From Armatimonadota bacterium (GTDB taxonomy: Bacteria; Armatimonadota; HRBIN16): a stretch of DNA of 64,000 nucleotides. The notes under the pieces were generated by a model. That model ran no database searches. It saw nothing but the letters and a program-made list of their open reading frames with translations, and was not told the origin of the DNA. Shown one piece after another: positions 30,154-40,397 of this stretch. The stretch spans positions 672,001-736,000 of the forward strand of contig OY781964.1 of the NCBI GenBank assembly GCA_963677485.1. Reading direction: 5' to 3'. A program made the position numbers and the translations under genes. How positions within the stretch are numbered: position 1 is the stretch's first letter; each line of letters begins with the position of its first letter.

Positions 30154-32109
30154 ATGGATAGACGCCGGTTCCTTATTTCCAGCGCATCGATGATCGGTGC
30201 AGGCATATTTGCCAGTGTAGCCTTGCCCGCGGAAACAAATGACCGGACGAATAGGAGAGCCGCTTTGAACCAACAGCTCAGCACCGTGCAGCTTGACGTA
30301 AAGAATCATGGGGGCGTGATATCCCCTTTGCTGTTTGGACACAACCTGGAGATCACACGCCGAGGTATCTGGAGCGGCCTCAGTGCCGAAATGGTGGCCA
30401 ACCGCAAGTTCGCTGCCGTGGAAAACAACCAGCCTAAACGCTGGACGGTTGTGGGCGGGGAAGGTGCCGCGCGCATCGAAACCTCATTTGGATATGCCGG
30501 CCACCAATGCCTCCGCGTGGAGGTTCCCGCAGATGGCAGCCCCACCGGCATCAAGCAGCAGCACGAAGTGCTGGCAGTTCACACAAGGAAGCCGTATTCG
30601 GTCAGGGTCTGGGTTAGATCCGAAGCCGCCAGGGTTCTTCGAGTCTGCCTGACGGACGGCGCTCATGAAGTATATCTCGAGAAGACAGCGACTTGTAAAT
30701 CTGGCGACTGGCAGTTGGTGAGTGCTGAGTTCACAGCGCATGACACTCAGGAAAACTGTGAGCTCAAGATCACCAGCAGTACACCCGGCAGTTATTGGCT
30801 GGGGGCTGTCTCTTTACAGCCAAAGGACGCATTTCATGGGATGCGGCGCGACGTCGTCGCATTGCTCAAGAAAATGAAGCCGGGCTGTCTGCGCTTCCCT
30901 GGCGGTTGCTATGAAGAGTTCTATAGTTGGGAGGATGGTCTGCTCCCTGTGGACCAGCGTCCACCCATCGGCCCGACAGGTCTGTGGTTCCTGCTGACGG
31001 ACACTGACGACTACGATACCCATGAGATCGGCATCGATGAGTTCATGGCCGTATGCCGCGAGGTGGGAGCAGAACCGGCTATCACGGTGCGCATGAGCGA
31101 AAAGACGCCCGAATCGGCTGCTGCGTGGGTGGAATACTGCAACGGCGATAAATCCACCAAGTGGGGGCAACTCCGGATTGAACGAGGGTATCGGGTGCCA
31201 TACCACGTGCGCTGGTGGTTTGTGGGCAACGAGATGTTTGCGTTTGGTCGTGGCGAGGTATTAAAAGCGGACGGCTATTCCGCACAATGCAGGCTGTTCT
31301 CTGAAGCCATGAAGAATGCCGATGATTCGATCTATCTGGTTCCATGTACGCAGTTCTCAAATGGCGTGGCCTGGCCTGATTGGAATACGCCGGTGATGGA
31401 ATCTGCGAAAGACACCATGCGAGCCGGTTCGGCACACCAGTACATGCTTGACCAGATACCTTTGGTCACTGAAGCTGACTACGCAAAGGTGATCAACACA
31501 CCGAGAGGTAGTGTCGTCGACACTCTGAAGCTGGCCAGAGAGCTGATGGACAAATACCAACCGGAGGACAGACGACTGGGGCTGGTCTACGACGAATGGA
31601 ACCTGATGTGGGGTCGAAAGGGCAGTGTCCCCGCCGCGCTTTATGTCGCGGGCATTCTAAATATGCTCTGTCGGGAAGCACAACCGCTGGGCCTCGAGAT
31701 GGCTTGCTATTTCATGCCCGTGAATGAAGGGGCCATCAAAGTCACGCCTCTTGCAGCCGAATTTGATACCACCGGCCATGTTTTCGAACTCTACAAGATA
31801 CACCAGGGTAACCGACTGTTGGAAGTCGCAGGAACTCCCACGGTTGATCTCTGTGCTTCGCTATCCCCCGATGGCAAGCGGGTGACCGTGACGGCTGTGA
31901 ATGGCATCACCGCAGAACAAATCGTGACCCTCACATTGCCGGCTGAGGCGATGACCAATGCCCGTGTGGTCCATCTGGTGCCGAAGTCTCTTGAGATCAC
32001 CGAGACGGAGCTGATCCGCACTGAAGAGCGGGTGAGCATCAAGCAAGGACGGCTGACGGTCCTGATGGCACCGGGAGAGATCGCCCGAATCACGGTGGAT
32101 ATCGCTTAG
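30154..32109 (+). CDS. Tat-exported GH51 alpha-L-arabinofuranosidase-like protein
   Basis: AGGAGG RBS, RRRFL, LRFPGG, GIDEF, VGNE, DEWN. Confidence 0.88.
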   Translation: MDRRRFLISSASMIGAGIFASVALPAETNDRTNRRAALNQQLSTVQLDVKNHGGVISPLLFGHNLEITRRGIWSGLSAEMVANRKFAAVENNQPKRWTVVGGEGAARIETSFGYAGHQCLRVEVPADGSPTGIKQQHEVLAVHTRKPYSVRVWVRSEAARVLRVCLTDGAHEVYLEKTATCKSGDWQLVSAEFTAHDTQENCELKITSSTPGSYWLGAVSLQPKDAFHGMRRDVVALLKKMKPGCLRFPGGCYEEFYSWEDGLLPVDQRPPIGPTGLWFLLTDTDDYDTHEIGIDEFMAVCREVGAEPAITVRMSEKTPESAAAWVEYCNGDKSTKWGQLRIERGYRVPYHVRWWFVGNEMFAFGRGEVLKADGYSAQCRLFSEAMKNADDSIYLVPCTQFSNGVAWPDWNTPVMESAKDTMRAGSAHQYMLDQIPLVTEADYAKVINTPRGSVVDTLKLARELMDKYQPEDRRLGLVYDEWNLMWGRKGSVPAALYVAGILNMLCREAQPLGLEMACYFMPVNEGAIKVTPLAAEFDTTGHVFELYKIHQGNRLLEVAGTPTVDLCASLSPDGKRVTVTAVNGITAEQIVTLTLPAEAMTNARVVHLVPKSLEITETELIRTEERVSIKQGRLTVLMAPGEIARITVDIA

Positions 32110-32113
32110 CGTC

Positions 32114-34372
32114 ATGCGAGGCCTTTACTTTACAGTCGTATCTCTAGCCGCGATGTGGCTATCCATCATCGGGTGCGTTGGGACCGCTGCACCGGCTGCT
32201 CCGATGTGCGAATACACCATCAACATGGCGGATGACCCCCACTGGACCGGGAACATCACCGAGTTACGGCTGGACCCCGTCAGCCAGGGAAAGACTGGCA
32301 GTGTGGATGTGGATTACATCCGTCTGATGCCCAACGGCCCTCAATGGAACTTCGATACCGGCTTGGATGGCTGGGGCAGCTACAGCAACAGCGTGGCCAT
32401 CACCTCCCCTGGCGGTCTATTACGGCTGGATATCACCGGCTTCGATCCCTTCATCGGCTTGAGTGGGCTGTCACTCGATGCGAGTAAAGTCAAGACACTG
32501 AAAATCCGGATGAGCAACAACACCGACCAGACCTTAGGCCAGATCCTGTGGCGTAATGAAACGGGCATGTATGCCATCACCTTTCGTAATGCGCCATCGG
32601 CGTTGTCTGGCGCGGTCAAACGCGCCTTGGCGAAGGGCGCCAGTCCGCCGGTGCCGATCCCCAGTGCCACATGGACAGCCACTGACCATCTGGGACGCAC
32701 GCTGCCGGGTCCAGGAAAGGCACCAGCACCGCGCAAAGGCAAATACATCGGCATCTACTATCTGTTATGGAGCCTGGCCACCTATGGCGGAGAAGAGCCT
32801 GACGGACCGTATGATCTGACGAAAATCCTAGCGAAATACCCCGAGGCGATGCAGGACATTAACCATCCTGCCCTGGGGGCTGTGGGCACGTTCCACCACT
32901 GGGGTAAGCCGCTGTTTGGCTATTACCGTAATGATGACCGGTGGGTTGTCCGCAAACATATGCGGATGCTGGCGGACGCCGGCGTGGACATGCTGCTGCT
33001 GGATGCCTCCAACGGCTTCAACTACGAGGACATGGTTGAGGTGCTGCTTTCGGTGCTCGATGAGCTGCAGGCCTTGGGCGAACCGACGCCTAAGCTGGCC
33101 TTCCATATGTATCCACAGGCAGACCCAGGCTCAAGGAAGGCACTACGGAACCTCTACCAGCAATTTTACCCGGGCGGCAAGCACGCCTCGCATTGGTTCC
33201 ACTGGGATGGTAAACCACTGATCGTGGGGGTTCCGTCCGACGATCTCGGCAAAGAGATACTGTGCTTCTACACCTGGCGCACACCCTACTGGTTGGGCAT
33301 GAACCCCAGGGTGGGGAGCTGGACTCTGGACGGGTATTACCCTTACTCCGAAGACAGTGCGTTCATGCTGAACGAGAACCTCGAGATCGAGCAGACCACC
33401 GTTCATACGGGAGCCAGCATGGGATCTCCGCCCATCTCAGACATGGGCAAGGGCAACGGACGATCCTGGCAGGGGCTGACCTGGGACGGCCACCGCGTGA
33501 CCACGCCTAGTGCGGTGGGGCACGGCTACATGTTCCAGCAGTGCTGGGATGTGGGGTTGAAGCTTGACCCGCCTTTCCTGCTGGTATACAACTGGAACGA
33601 GTGGCTGGTTCAGAAATACCCTCACATGAACGACGCCTCCAAGCCGATGTTTGTCGATGAATTCAACCAGGAGTTCAGCAAGGACATCGAGCCGATGGAG
33701 GGCGGCCATCGTGACGCCTATTTCCAGCAGATGATCGCCGGTATACGTCGCTACAAAGGGGTCGCCCCTGTGCCGACGGCACACTCCGTGAAGATCACTC
33801 TGGACGGTAAGGATGCCGACTGGAAGCGTGTGACACCGGAATTCAAAGACCACGTGCAGGATGTGCAGGCTCGCGACCACTTGCAGTACGGCAACAAGAA
33901 AGTGCGTCTGCAGGACAATACTGGCAGGAACGACATCATACTGAGCAAGATGACACGCGACCATACGAACCTTTATGCAATGGTGAAGACGGCTCGCAAG
34001 CTCAGCATCCCTGCAGCGTCTGACCGTAACTGGATGGTGCTGATGCTGGATGTCGATGAAAATGGATCGAACGGGTTCATGGGCTTCGATGTCGCCATCA
34101 ACCGGATGCGAGACAGCCATGGGCGCGCCTCGGTTCAGGTGCGTAAAGGCAAAGCGTGGAGCACTGTGGGCTGGGCGGAGATGGCCAAGGGCAGCCAGAT
34201 GCTGGAGTTGGCCATCCCGACCAAACTGTTGCCCAAAATGAGACACACGCTGAGTTTCCAGTGGACGGACAATGTCTGGCTGACAGAAGACTGGGGATCA
34301 GCCTACCTGCATGGCGACTCGGCTCCTGATAGCCCCTACCGCTACCAGGTGGTGCTGCCGTCGGTAAAGTAG
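32114..34372 (+). CDS. Secreted putative glycoside hydrolase (GH99/GH71-like TIM barrel, unclassified)
   Basis: Signal peptide; YYLLW, WGKPLFGYY, LADAGVD, WNEW, SKDIEP; lies in the GH cluster. Confidence 0.6.
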   Translation: MRGLYFTVVSLAAMWLSIIGCVGTAAPAAPMCEYTINMADDPHWTGNITELRLDPVSQGKTGSVDVDYIRLMPNGPQWNFDTGLDGWGSYSNSVAITSPGGLLRLDITGFDPFIGLSGLSLDASKVKTLKIRMSNNTDQTLGQILWRNETGMYAITFRNAPSALSGAVKRALAKGASPPVPIPSATWTATDHLGRTLPGPGKAPAPRKGKYIGIYYLLWSLATYGGEEPDGPYDLTKILAKYPEAMQDINHPALGAVGTFHHWGKPLFGYYRNDDRWVVRKHMRMLADAGVDMLLLDASNGFNYEDMVEVLLSVLDELQALGEPTPKLAFHMYPQADPGSRKALRNLYQQFYPGGKHASHWFHWDGKPLIVGVPSDDLGKEILCFYTWRTPYWLGMNPRVGSWTLDGYYPYSEDSAFMLNENLEIEQTTVHTGASMGSPPISDMGKGNGRSWQGLTWDGHRVTTPSAVGHGYMFQQCWDVGLKLDPPFLLVYNWNEWLVQKYPHMNDASKPMFVDEFNQEFSKDIEPMEGGHRDAYFQQMIAGIRRYKGVAPVPTAHSVKITLDGKDADWKRVTPEFKDHVQDVQARDHLQYGNKKVRLQDNTGRNDIILSKMTRDHTNLYAMVKTARKLSIPAASDRNWMVLMLDVDENGSNGFMGFDVAINRMRDSHGRASVQVRKGKAWSTVGWAEMAKGSQMLELAIPTKLLPKMRHTLSFQWTDNVWLTEDWGSAYLHGDSAPDSPYRYQVVLPSVK

Positions 34373-34432
34373 TCTGTGAGGAATAGCAACCGCCCGTGCT
34401 GGCACGGCAGCCTATACTGTAACGGATACGAT

Positions 34433-34515
34433 CGTAGGGGCGTCCCTTGTGGGCGCCCTAATCGTTGTTCATCCGATAGTGCCTGTTTAGGGCGCCCACA
34501 AGGAACGCCCCTACG
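34433..34515. repeat. Inverted GTAG-REP doublet (REPIN-like)
   Basis: CGTAGGGGCGTCCCTTGTGGGCGCCCT ... AGGGCGCCCACAAGGAACGCCCCTACG. Confidence 0.85.
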
Positions 34516-34585
34516 ACCAGTTATTTACAAGGGGTGCTGTGTACACGCCCCGGACGTAATCGAGATGCGTATCACCCGCTCACTA

Positions 34586-36580
34586 CTATCGCAGCTGACG
34601 CACCAGCTCAGGTAAATTCTGCCCTTCCACCACGCGGTCGCCCGAGCCTAGCTGCAACTTCACGACCTTCAGATTTTTGTCCTTGCCCGTATAAAGCGTG
34701 CGCATCCAAAGCAATCGGCCTTCCACCACCATCGGCCGGATTTCACCTTTTCGTAGCGTGCCGGAGCTCCGATTAGCCATCTGCGTGAACAGCTTCACGC
34801 TCATCTGCGGTGTCTTGAACACACTGCGCCACAGATGATACCCATCCGAAGCGAGATAGCCGGCGATTTGCGGGTTCTTTGCCGATACCTCGTAGGGCAA
34901 TACCTGCATCCAGTGACCGTCGCACAAAGTCCACCAAGGTTCCATCTGCTTCAAAGAAGGAAGTGGCACAGTGCGCACAGGCACCGTCACTGGCTGCTCG
35001 CTCTCAGGTCGGTCGACCACCGGCAGTTTCAGATCCAGGGCATATGCCTGGATGGCCATATAGTCAGAGCCAATTGACGGACCATCACCCTCCGTAAACA
35101 TCTTAGGAAAGACATTCCGGTAGGTTTGTAACAGCGGATTCGTTTTGTCTGTGATCATAAAGCTGATCTGACCACTGGTGGCATCAAGCCGGATATCCAC
35201 ACCAGGTTTTACACTTCGGAACCTATAGAACATGCCTGATGGCAGGTTGATAATGATCTGCTTGCTACCGGGCATATTTTCCGTGCCTGCGTACGCCAGC
35301 CGCTGCCAGTGAACTCTGTCGCCCTCGCGTACCAGTTGCACCGTGCGGTCATACATCAAGAATGGGGCCACGGCCCGCATACGGTCATATACGCTTCGTC
35401 GGAGCAATATGTGCGCATCCGACGGGATATCGCGTTTTAGAAGGCGCCGTTCCCCAACACGAAGACTCACCAGCCATCGCCGCAGTCCCGATTTCAGTTC
35501 GAAGCCTGCATTGGGATCGGTCAGTTTCGAGCTATATATCACGCCACGGTAATAGCCCGTTGCTCCCCGTAAGACCATCTGCTTTCGGTCGATGCTGTGG
35601 GCCAGCACAGGTTCCACACTGTTTTCCGAATACCAGACGGGCTGCACGTTGACATTCGTAACCCGTGGCTCTACCTGGTTGGCCTGAAACAGGCTAAGCT
35701 GGGTGCTATAGCCCAAAGGCATCACTGGCCCCTGCTTTGTCGGCAGGATGCTGGAAGGATCTGGGGCCGCAGGTTCGAGCAGACATAGCCACGTACCAGG
35801 CTCAGAGGGGCTCTGAGAGCCTCCCATGTAGCGGTTGCGCATTCTATCTGCATATGACGCATTCAGACGCTCCAAGACCATGTCACGGTCCCACAATAGC
35901 ATCTGATCGGACTGACATCCCGTTGCCTTCAGTTGGCCACCGACTGGCTGCACATCCAGTATATTGTTAAGCCCATAGGACAACGCGGTGTCTTTACTAT
36001 TGTCAGCGAGATTGGGCCAGCCATGCCCGTTCCCCACCGCCAACAACAATATGGCAGCCAGAGCGGTCAGCCCCATGCGCCACCTGCGTGGCACCGACAC
36101 CGCGCCAGATGGGTCTGCTGAGACCACCAGCGCCTGCACCATCCAGCAACCCGAAACCAGCCAGAACAGCCAGATCATCACCTGCTGGATAAATGGCAGC
36201 ATGAACACATCAAAGCTGGCGTCGACGCCAAAGGCTCCGATGTAGCCCAGGTTGGCCCGATGCGTGGCCAGCATCATGTTCTCCCAGAGGTTCGCAGCAC
36301 CGCCAGCAAAACATATGACGACTAATGCCACAAACACTTTAGGCATAAACTGCGGCCGTTTTCGGAAAAACATCCAGGGTAAAATCAGCGCAACGACCCC
36401 ACCCCAAAACGCTGCCACTAAGCGTGACTGAGTCACGGTGATATATGACGCCTCTTGGCCTAATTCCTTGAACCAACAATACTCCGTATACCCGCGCACC
36501 GAAAGAGAGACGAGAAACCCAAGGACGATCAGCGAGGTCGCCGACCAGCCCGCGACCCGAAGCCATTTCGCAACAGTCAT
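34586..36580 (-). CDS. UPF0182 (COG1615)-like membrane protein, divergent
   Basis: WFKELG, DASF.VF.LPF, LWDR, RSV.DR..AVAPFL.YD, DATSG. Confidence 0.7.
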   Translation of the reverse strand: MTVAKWLRVAGWSATSLIVLGFLVSLSVRGYTEYCWFKELGQEASYITVTQSRLVAAFWGGVVALILPWMFFRKRPQFMPKVFVALVVICFAGGAANLWENMMLATHRANLGYIGAFGVDASFDVFMLPFIQQVMIWLFWLVSGCWMVQALVVSADPSGAVSVPRRWRMGLTALAAILLLAVGNGHGWPNLADNSKDTALSYGLNNILDVQPVGGQLKATGCQSDQMLLWDRDMVLERLNASYADRMRNRYMGGSQSPSEPGTWLCLLEPAAPDPSSILPTKQGPVMPLGYSTQLSLFQANQVEPRVTNVNVQPVWYSENSVEPVLAHSIDRKQMVLRGATGYYRGVIYSSKLTDPNAGFELKSGLRRWLVSLRVGERRLLKRDIPSDAHILLRRSVYDRMRAVAPFLMYDRTVQLVREGDRVHWQRLAYAGTENMPGSKQIIINLPSGMFYRFRSVKPGVDIRLDATSGQISFMITDKTNPLLQTYRNVFPKMFTEGDGPSIGSDYMAIQAYALDLKLPVVDRPESEQPVTVPVRTVPLPSLKQMEPWWTLCDGHWMQVLPYEVSAKNPQIAGYLASDGYHLWRSVFKTPQMSVKLFTQMANRSSGTLRKGEIRPMVVEGRLLWMRTLYTGKDKNLKVVKLQLGSGDRVVEGQNLPELVRQLR

Positions 36581-36688
36581 ATGTAAACGTCACCTTGTGA
36601 TCAGACATTGTAATGAAACTAATACATTGTACCGTGTATAGGGTATTTGTTTGACTGAGGTATGAAGAGTACCGCATAATGTTACAGA

Positions 36689-37192
36689 ATGGACAGAGAA
36701 CACCATCAGCCCGATAGTTTCCCTCTGGTGTGGTGGGACGGAGCACTAGTCTCCTTCCGCACAGCAGAGAATGTGGATTCGTGGCCCGAAGCCGCTGAAG
36801 CCACGCTGCTTTTCGGTGTTTTCGAGAACCGGTTGCTGTTAGTTGATGTCAACCAGCGCGGCTGGAGTATTCCTGGCGGGCATATCGAGCTAGGCGAAAC
36901 GGTCGAACAGGCACTCATTCGCGAGGTCAAAGAAGAAGCAGGGGCTGCTGTGCAAAACCTGCAGCCGTTTGGCATCTATGAATTCCGTAAGGACGAACAG
37001 TCACCAGTTCATGCAGTGGTCACCACATATACCGGCCATGTCACTCATTTTGAGCCCATCTCGCTGGATATGGAATCACTGGGCATCATGCTGGTTCCCT
37101 TGGAGCAAGTCCAACGATTTTACTATACTTGGAACCCGCTGTTTGAAGCGGTGTTCAAGGCACTCATAAATCACGCAGCCTTATCGACGTAG
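36689..37192 (+). CDS. NUDIX hydrolase
   Basis: GGHIELGETVEQALIREVKEEAG Nudix box. Confidence 0.93.
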   Translation: MDREHHQPDSFPLVWWDGALVSFRTAENVDSWPEAAEATLLFGVFENRLLLVDVNQRGWSIPGGHIELGETVEQALIREVKEEAGAAVQNLQPFGIYEFRKDEQSPVHAVVTTYTGHVTHFEPISLDMESLGIMLVPLEQVQRFYYTWNPLFEAVFKALINHAALST

Positions 37193-37208
37193 GAGGAACA
37201 GAGAGACG

Positions 37209-38399
37209 ATGTACATTTCGCAGCGAGCTAAGAACACATTACCGTCACCCACCCTTGCTATCACCGCTCTGGCAAAAAGCATGAAGGAACAAGGGATAGA
37301 TGTGATCTCCTTTGGAGCTGGTGAGCCCGACTTTAATACCCCCGACGTGATAAACAAAGCGGCCATTGAGGCCATAGAATCTGGTTTTACGCGTTACACA
37401 CCTACCGCTGGCATCGAACCGCTGCGGCAGGCCATTGCAGACAAGCTGCTGCGGGACAACGGCCTGAGCTACAAGGCGACCGAGGTGATGGTCACTTGTG
37501 GTGCTAAACATGCGCTTTTCGGGATATTCCAGGCGATCTGCGATCCAGGCGATGAAGTGATCATCCCCGCACCATATTGGGTCAGCTATCCTGAGCAGGT
37601 CAAGCTGGCGGGTGGTGTACCCGTGTATGTGACCGCCGATTCGGCGGCGAACTTCATTCCCGATCCAGCTCAAATCGCTGCCGCGGTGACTCCCAAAACA
37701 CGAGCCATCGTCATCAACAGCCCGAACAACCCCTCTGGTGCCGTCTTCCCCGAAGCGGTCATCCGGGCAATCGCCGAAATCGCACTCAAACACGGTATTT
37801 ACTTGATTTCAGATGAAATTTACGAAAAGATGGTCTACGGCACGGAGCATTTCTCAGTGGCCAGCATCAGCGATGAGGTGAAGAAGCTCACCATCGTTGT
37901 GAATGGCATGTCCAAAGCGCACGCCATGACTGGCTGGCGCATTGGCTACGCTGCAGCAGAGCTTGAGCTGATCAAAGCGATGGTGCGGATGCAGGACCAA
38001 TCGACCTCTAACACCACTTCCATCGCTCAGAAGGCAGCAGTCGCCGCACTCAAAGCACCTGAAGGCCTTGTGACTGAGATGGTTGCCGCTTTCAATGAGC
38101 GGCGCGCGGTGATCGTGCAGCTACTGAACGACATCCCAGGGTTCAACTGCCCGAACCCGGGCGGCGCCTTCTATGCCTTCCCAGACGTGTCCGGTGTTTA
38201 TGGAAAGAGCTTCAATGGGAAGCAGATTAACAGCTCGGACGACTTCGCGGCATATCTTCTGAACGAAGCGCGGGTCGCCGTTGTTCCTGGCCGCGGGTTT
38301 GGACTTGATAGCAATATACGCCTAAGCTACGCCTGCTCGATGGACAGCATTAGGCAGGGGATCGCCCGCATTGCTGAAGCGGTATCAAAGCTCAGTTGA
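37209..38399 (+). CDS. Class I PLP aminotransferase (aspartate aminotransferase-like)
   Basis: GEPDF, NSPNNPSG, SDEIY, SKAHAMTGWRIG. Confidence 0.95.
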   Translation: MYISQRAKNTLPSPTLAITALAKSMKEQGIDVISFGAGEPDFNTPDVINKAAIEAIESGFTRYTPTAGIEPLRQAIADKLLRDNGLSYKATEVMVTCGAKHALFGIFQAICDPGDEVIIPAPYWVSYPEQVKLAGGVPVYVTADSAANFIPDPAQIAAAVTPKTRAIVINSPNNPSGAVFPEAVIRAIAEIALKHGIYLISDEIYEKMVYGTEHFSVASISDEVKKLTIVVNGMSKAHAMTGWRIGYAAAELELIKAMVRMQDQSTSNTTSIAQKAAVAALKAPEGLVTEMVAAFNERRAVIVQLLNDIPGFNCPNPGGAFYAFPDVSGVYGKSFNGKQINSSDDFAAYLLNEARVAVVPGRGFGLDSNIRLSYACSMDSIRQGIARIAEAVSKLS

Positions 38400-40393
38400 T
38401 AAGTGAACCACAGATACACATCGCATTAAACCTGCCTGAGGAGTGTGAAACACTTCTCAGGCAGGCCCTGACACATAAACACGACGACGTCACTGAGTTA
38501 GAATGCAACGAACGGCTGGAATTTCTGGGAGACGCGGTACTCGGCCTTATTGTGACCGAAGAGTTCTTCCGAAACCACCCCAAAGCGCGTGAGGGCCTGC
38601 TCAGCCGCGCCAGAGCGGCGGTGGTCAGCCGTCCCAGTTTGGCCGATTCGGCACGCAAGATAGGCTTGCACAACCTCATTTTGACCAGCAGTATGGAACG
38701 GAAACACGGCATCACACAGGGGCAGCGTGTGCTGGCCGATGCTATGGAAGCGGTGATTGCCGCGGTGTATATGTCGTTGGGATATGACACCACCAAGGCC
38801 TTCATACTACAGCACTTTGGTGATATTATGGACCACGCCCTGGAAAGCGCAGTGTCGCTTGACCACAAAACCGCATTGCAGGAATACGCGCATCTCAAAC
38901 TTTCAGTCACACCGACCTACGAACTGCTGACCGCGTTCGGCCCAGATCACAGCCGGAATTTCACTTTTCAGGCTTGTGTAGGTGATATCCCCTTAAGCAT
39001 CGGCACCGGAAACAGCAAAAAGTCCGCACAGCAAGACGCGGCTCAAAGCTCGCTGGTGATGCTTAAACGGATGGTGTCCGCACAGAAAACAGGTGTCGTC
39101 TCAGTTCAACCGGAAACTATACAGTTCAGGCCCGATTATGAGAACACCGCAGACTATATGAACATCGCCACGATGTTTAACCTTCCTCAACCTGTCACCA
39201 TCTCAGAGTTGGACTGCAAGGGCAATATCAACACGGAGAGTTTTCTCGTCGTTGCCGCAGATACGCGGTATATCATGCAAAAAGTGAACCCAGGGGTCTT
39301 CCCTCTGCCACACCGCGTGATGAGAAATCTTCTATCTGTCTGCCATCATCATGCACAGCAGCCTGGGAATATGCCCAAAAACTGGAAATGCCTGCAGCTT
39401 CAACCCACCAAACAAGGCGCTCCCTATCTCCAAATCATGCATGCAGACAGCAGTAGTGTCTGGCGTATGATGCATTTCATCGAGGGCACGTGCAGCTTCA
39501 AGCAGCTATCTGATGTGGGTGATGCTCAGCGAACGCTAAAGATCGCTACAGAGGCCGGTAAGGGTCTGGCGACATTTGTGCAGCTCACTCAAGGACTGCC
39601 TTTAGACCACTTTTATGCTAGTTTCCCGGGCTACCGAAACACACAGCTCTATATTGACCAACTAGAGGCCGTGTGGGATGGATGCCTAACGGTAGAAGAC
39701 GCCCAAAAGCATCTTCCTGAGGAACCATATCTACGCACTGCGGTATGGCCGCAGTATGTTCTGCACTGCGATACAGAGCAGTATAACTGCCGCAAAGCCG
39801 CCACAGAGGTGGTCGAGCTGCGCGACTACCTCCTTGAGAACCGTCATGTGGTGATGAAACTCTGGGACGAAGTGCAGTCAGGCAACCTCAAGACGAGTAT
39901 CATCCACGGGGATCCGAAACTTGAGAACTTCTTGTTTGACAAACAAACTGACCAAGTAGTTTCCATGATTGACCTGGACACACTCATGCCTTATACCTGG
40001 CTGGCCGACTGGGGCGATATGGCGAGATCGCTTGTCAACCCCATGGGCGAAAAGACGACGGATATAGATTCGGTCTATCTCGACGTCAGTGTCTTCAAAG
40101 CCTTGATGCAAGGGTATGTGGCATCAGCTCATACAATCCCCCCTTATGAACTAGAACTCATGACGCTCGCTCCGGCCGTCATTGCGATGGAGCTTGGGAT
40201 GCGCTTCCTTACCGACTATATCAGGGGAGACAACTACTTCGGACTGACAGAACAAGACATTGAACAAGGCGTGACCAACCTCAGCCGAGCCCGGGTACAA
40301 CTGCGCTTGGCTCAGTTGGTTCTTGAAGCACAAGATGAACTTCAAGATGCTCTTCACCAATTTCTAGATATGACAACGATCGCTGAGGAGTAA
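38396..40393 (+). CDS. rnc: Ribonuclease III fused to an APH/NahK-like phosphotransferase
   Basis: NERLEFLGDAVL, ADAMEA and dsRBD GNSKKSAQQDAA, followed by HGDPKLENFLF, IDLDT and RFLTDY. Confidence 0.88.
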   Translation: MISEPQIHIALNLPEECETLLRQALTHKHDDVTELECNERLEFLGDAVLGLIVTEEFFRNHPKAREGLLSRARAAVVSRPSLADSARKIGLHNLILTSSMERKHGITQGQRVLADAMEAVIAAVYMSLGYDTTKAFILQHFGDIMDHALESAVSLDHKTALQEYAHLKLSVTPTYELLTAFGPDHSRNFTFQACVGDIPLSIGTGNSKKSAQQDAAQSSLVMLKRMVSAQKTGVVSVQPETIQFRPDYENTADYMNIATMFNLPQPVTISELDCKGNINTESFLVVAADTRYIMQKVNPGVFPLPHRVMRNLLSVCHHHAQQPGNMPKNWKCLQLQPTKQGAPYLQIMHADSSSVWRMMHFIEGTCSFKQLSDVGDAQRTLKIATEAGKGLATFVQLTQGLPLDHFYASFPGYRNTQLYIDQLEAVWDGCLTVEDAQKHLPEEPYLRTAVWPQYVLHCDTEQYNCRKAATEVVELRDYLLENRHVVMKLWDEVQSGNLKTSIIHGDPKLENFLFDKQTDQVVSMIDLDTLMPYTWLADWGDMARSLVNPMGEKTTDIDSVYLDVSVFKALMQGYVASAHTIPPYELELMTLAPAVIAMELGMRFLTDYIRGDNYFGLTEQDIEQGVTNLSRARVQLRLAQLVLEAQDELQDALHQFLDMTTIAEE

Positions 40394-40397
40394 TCCT

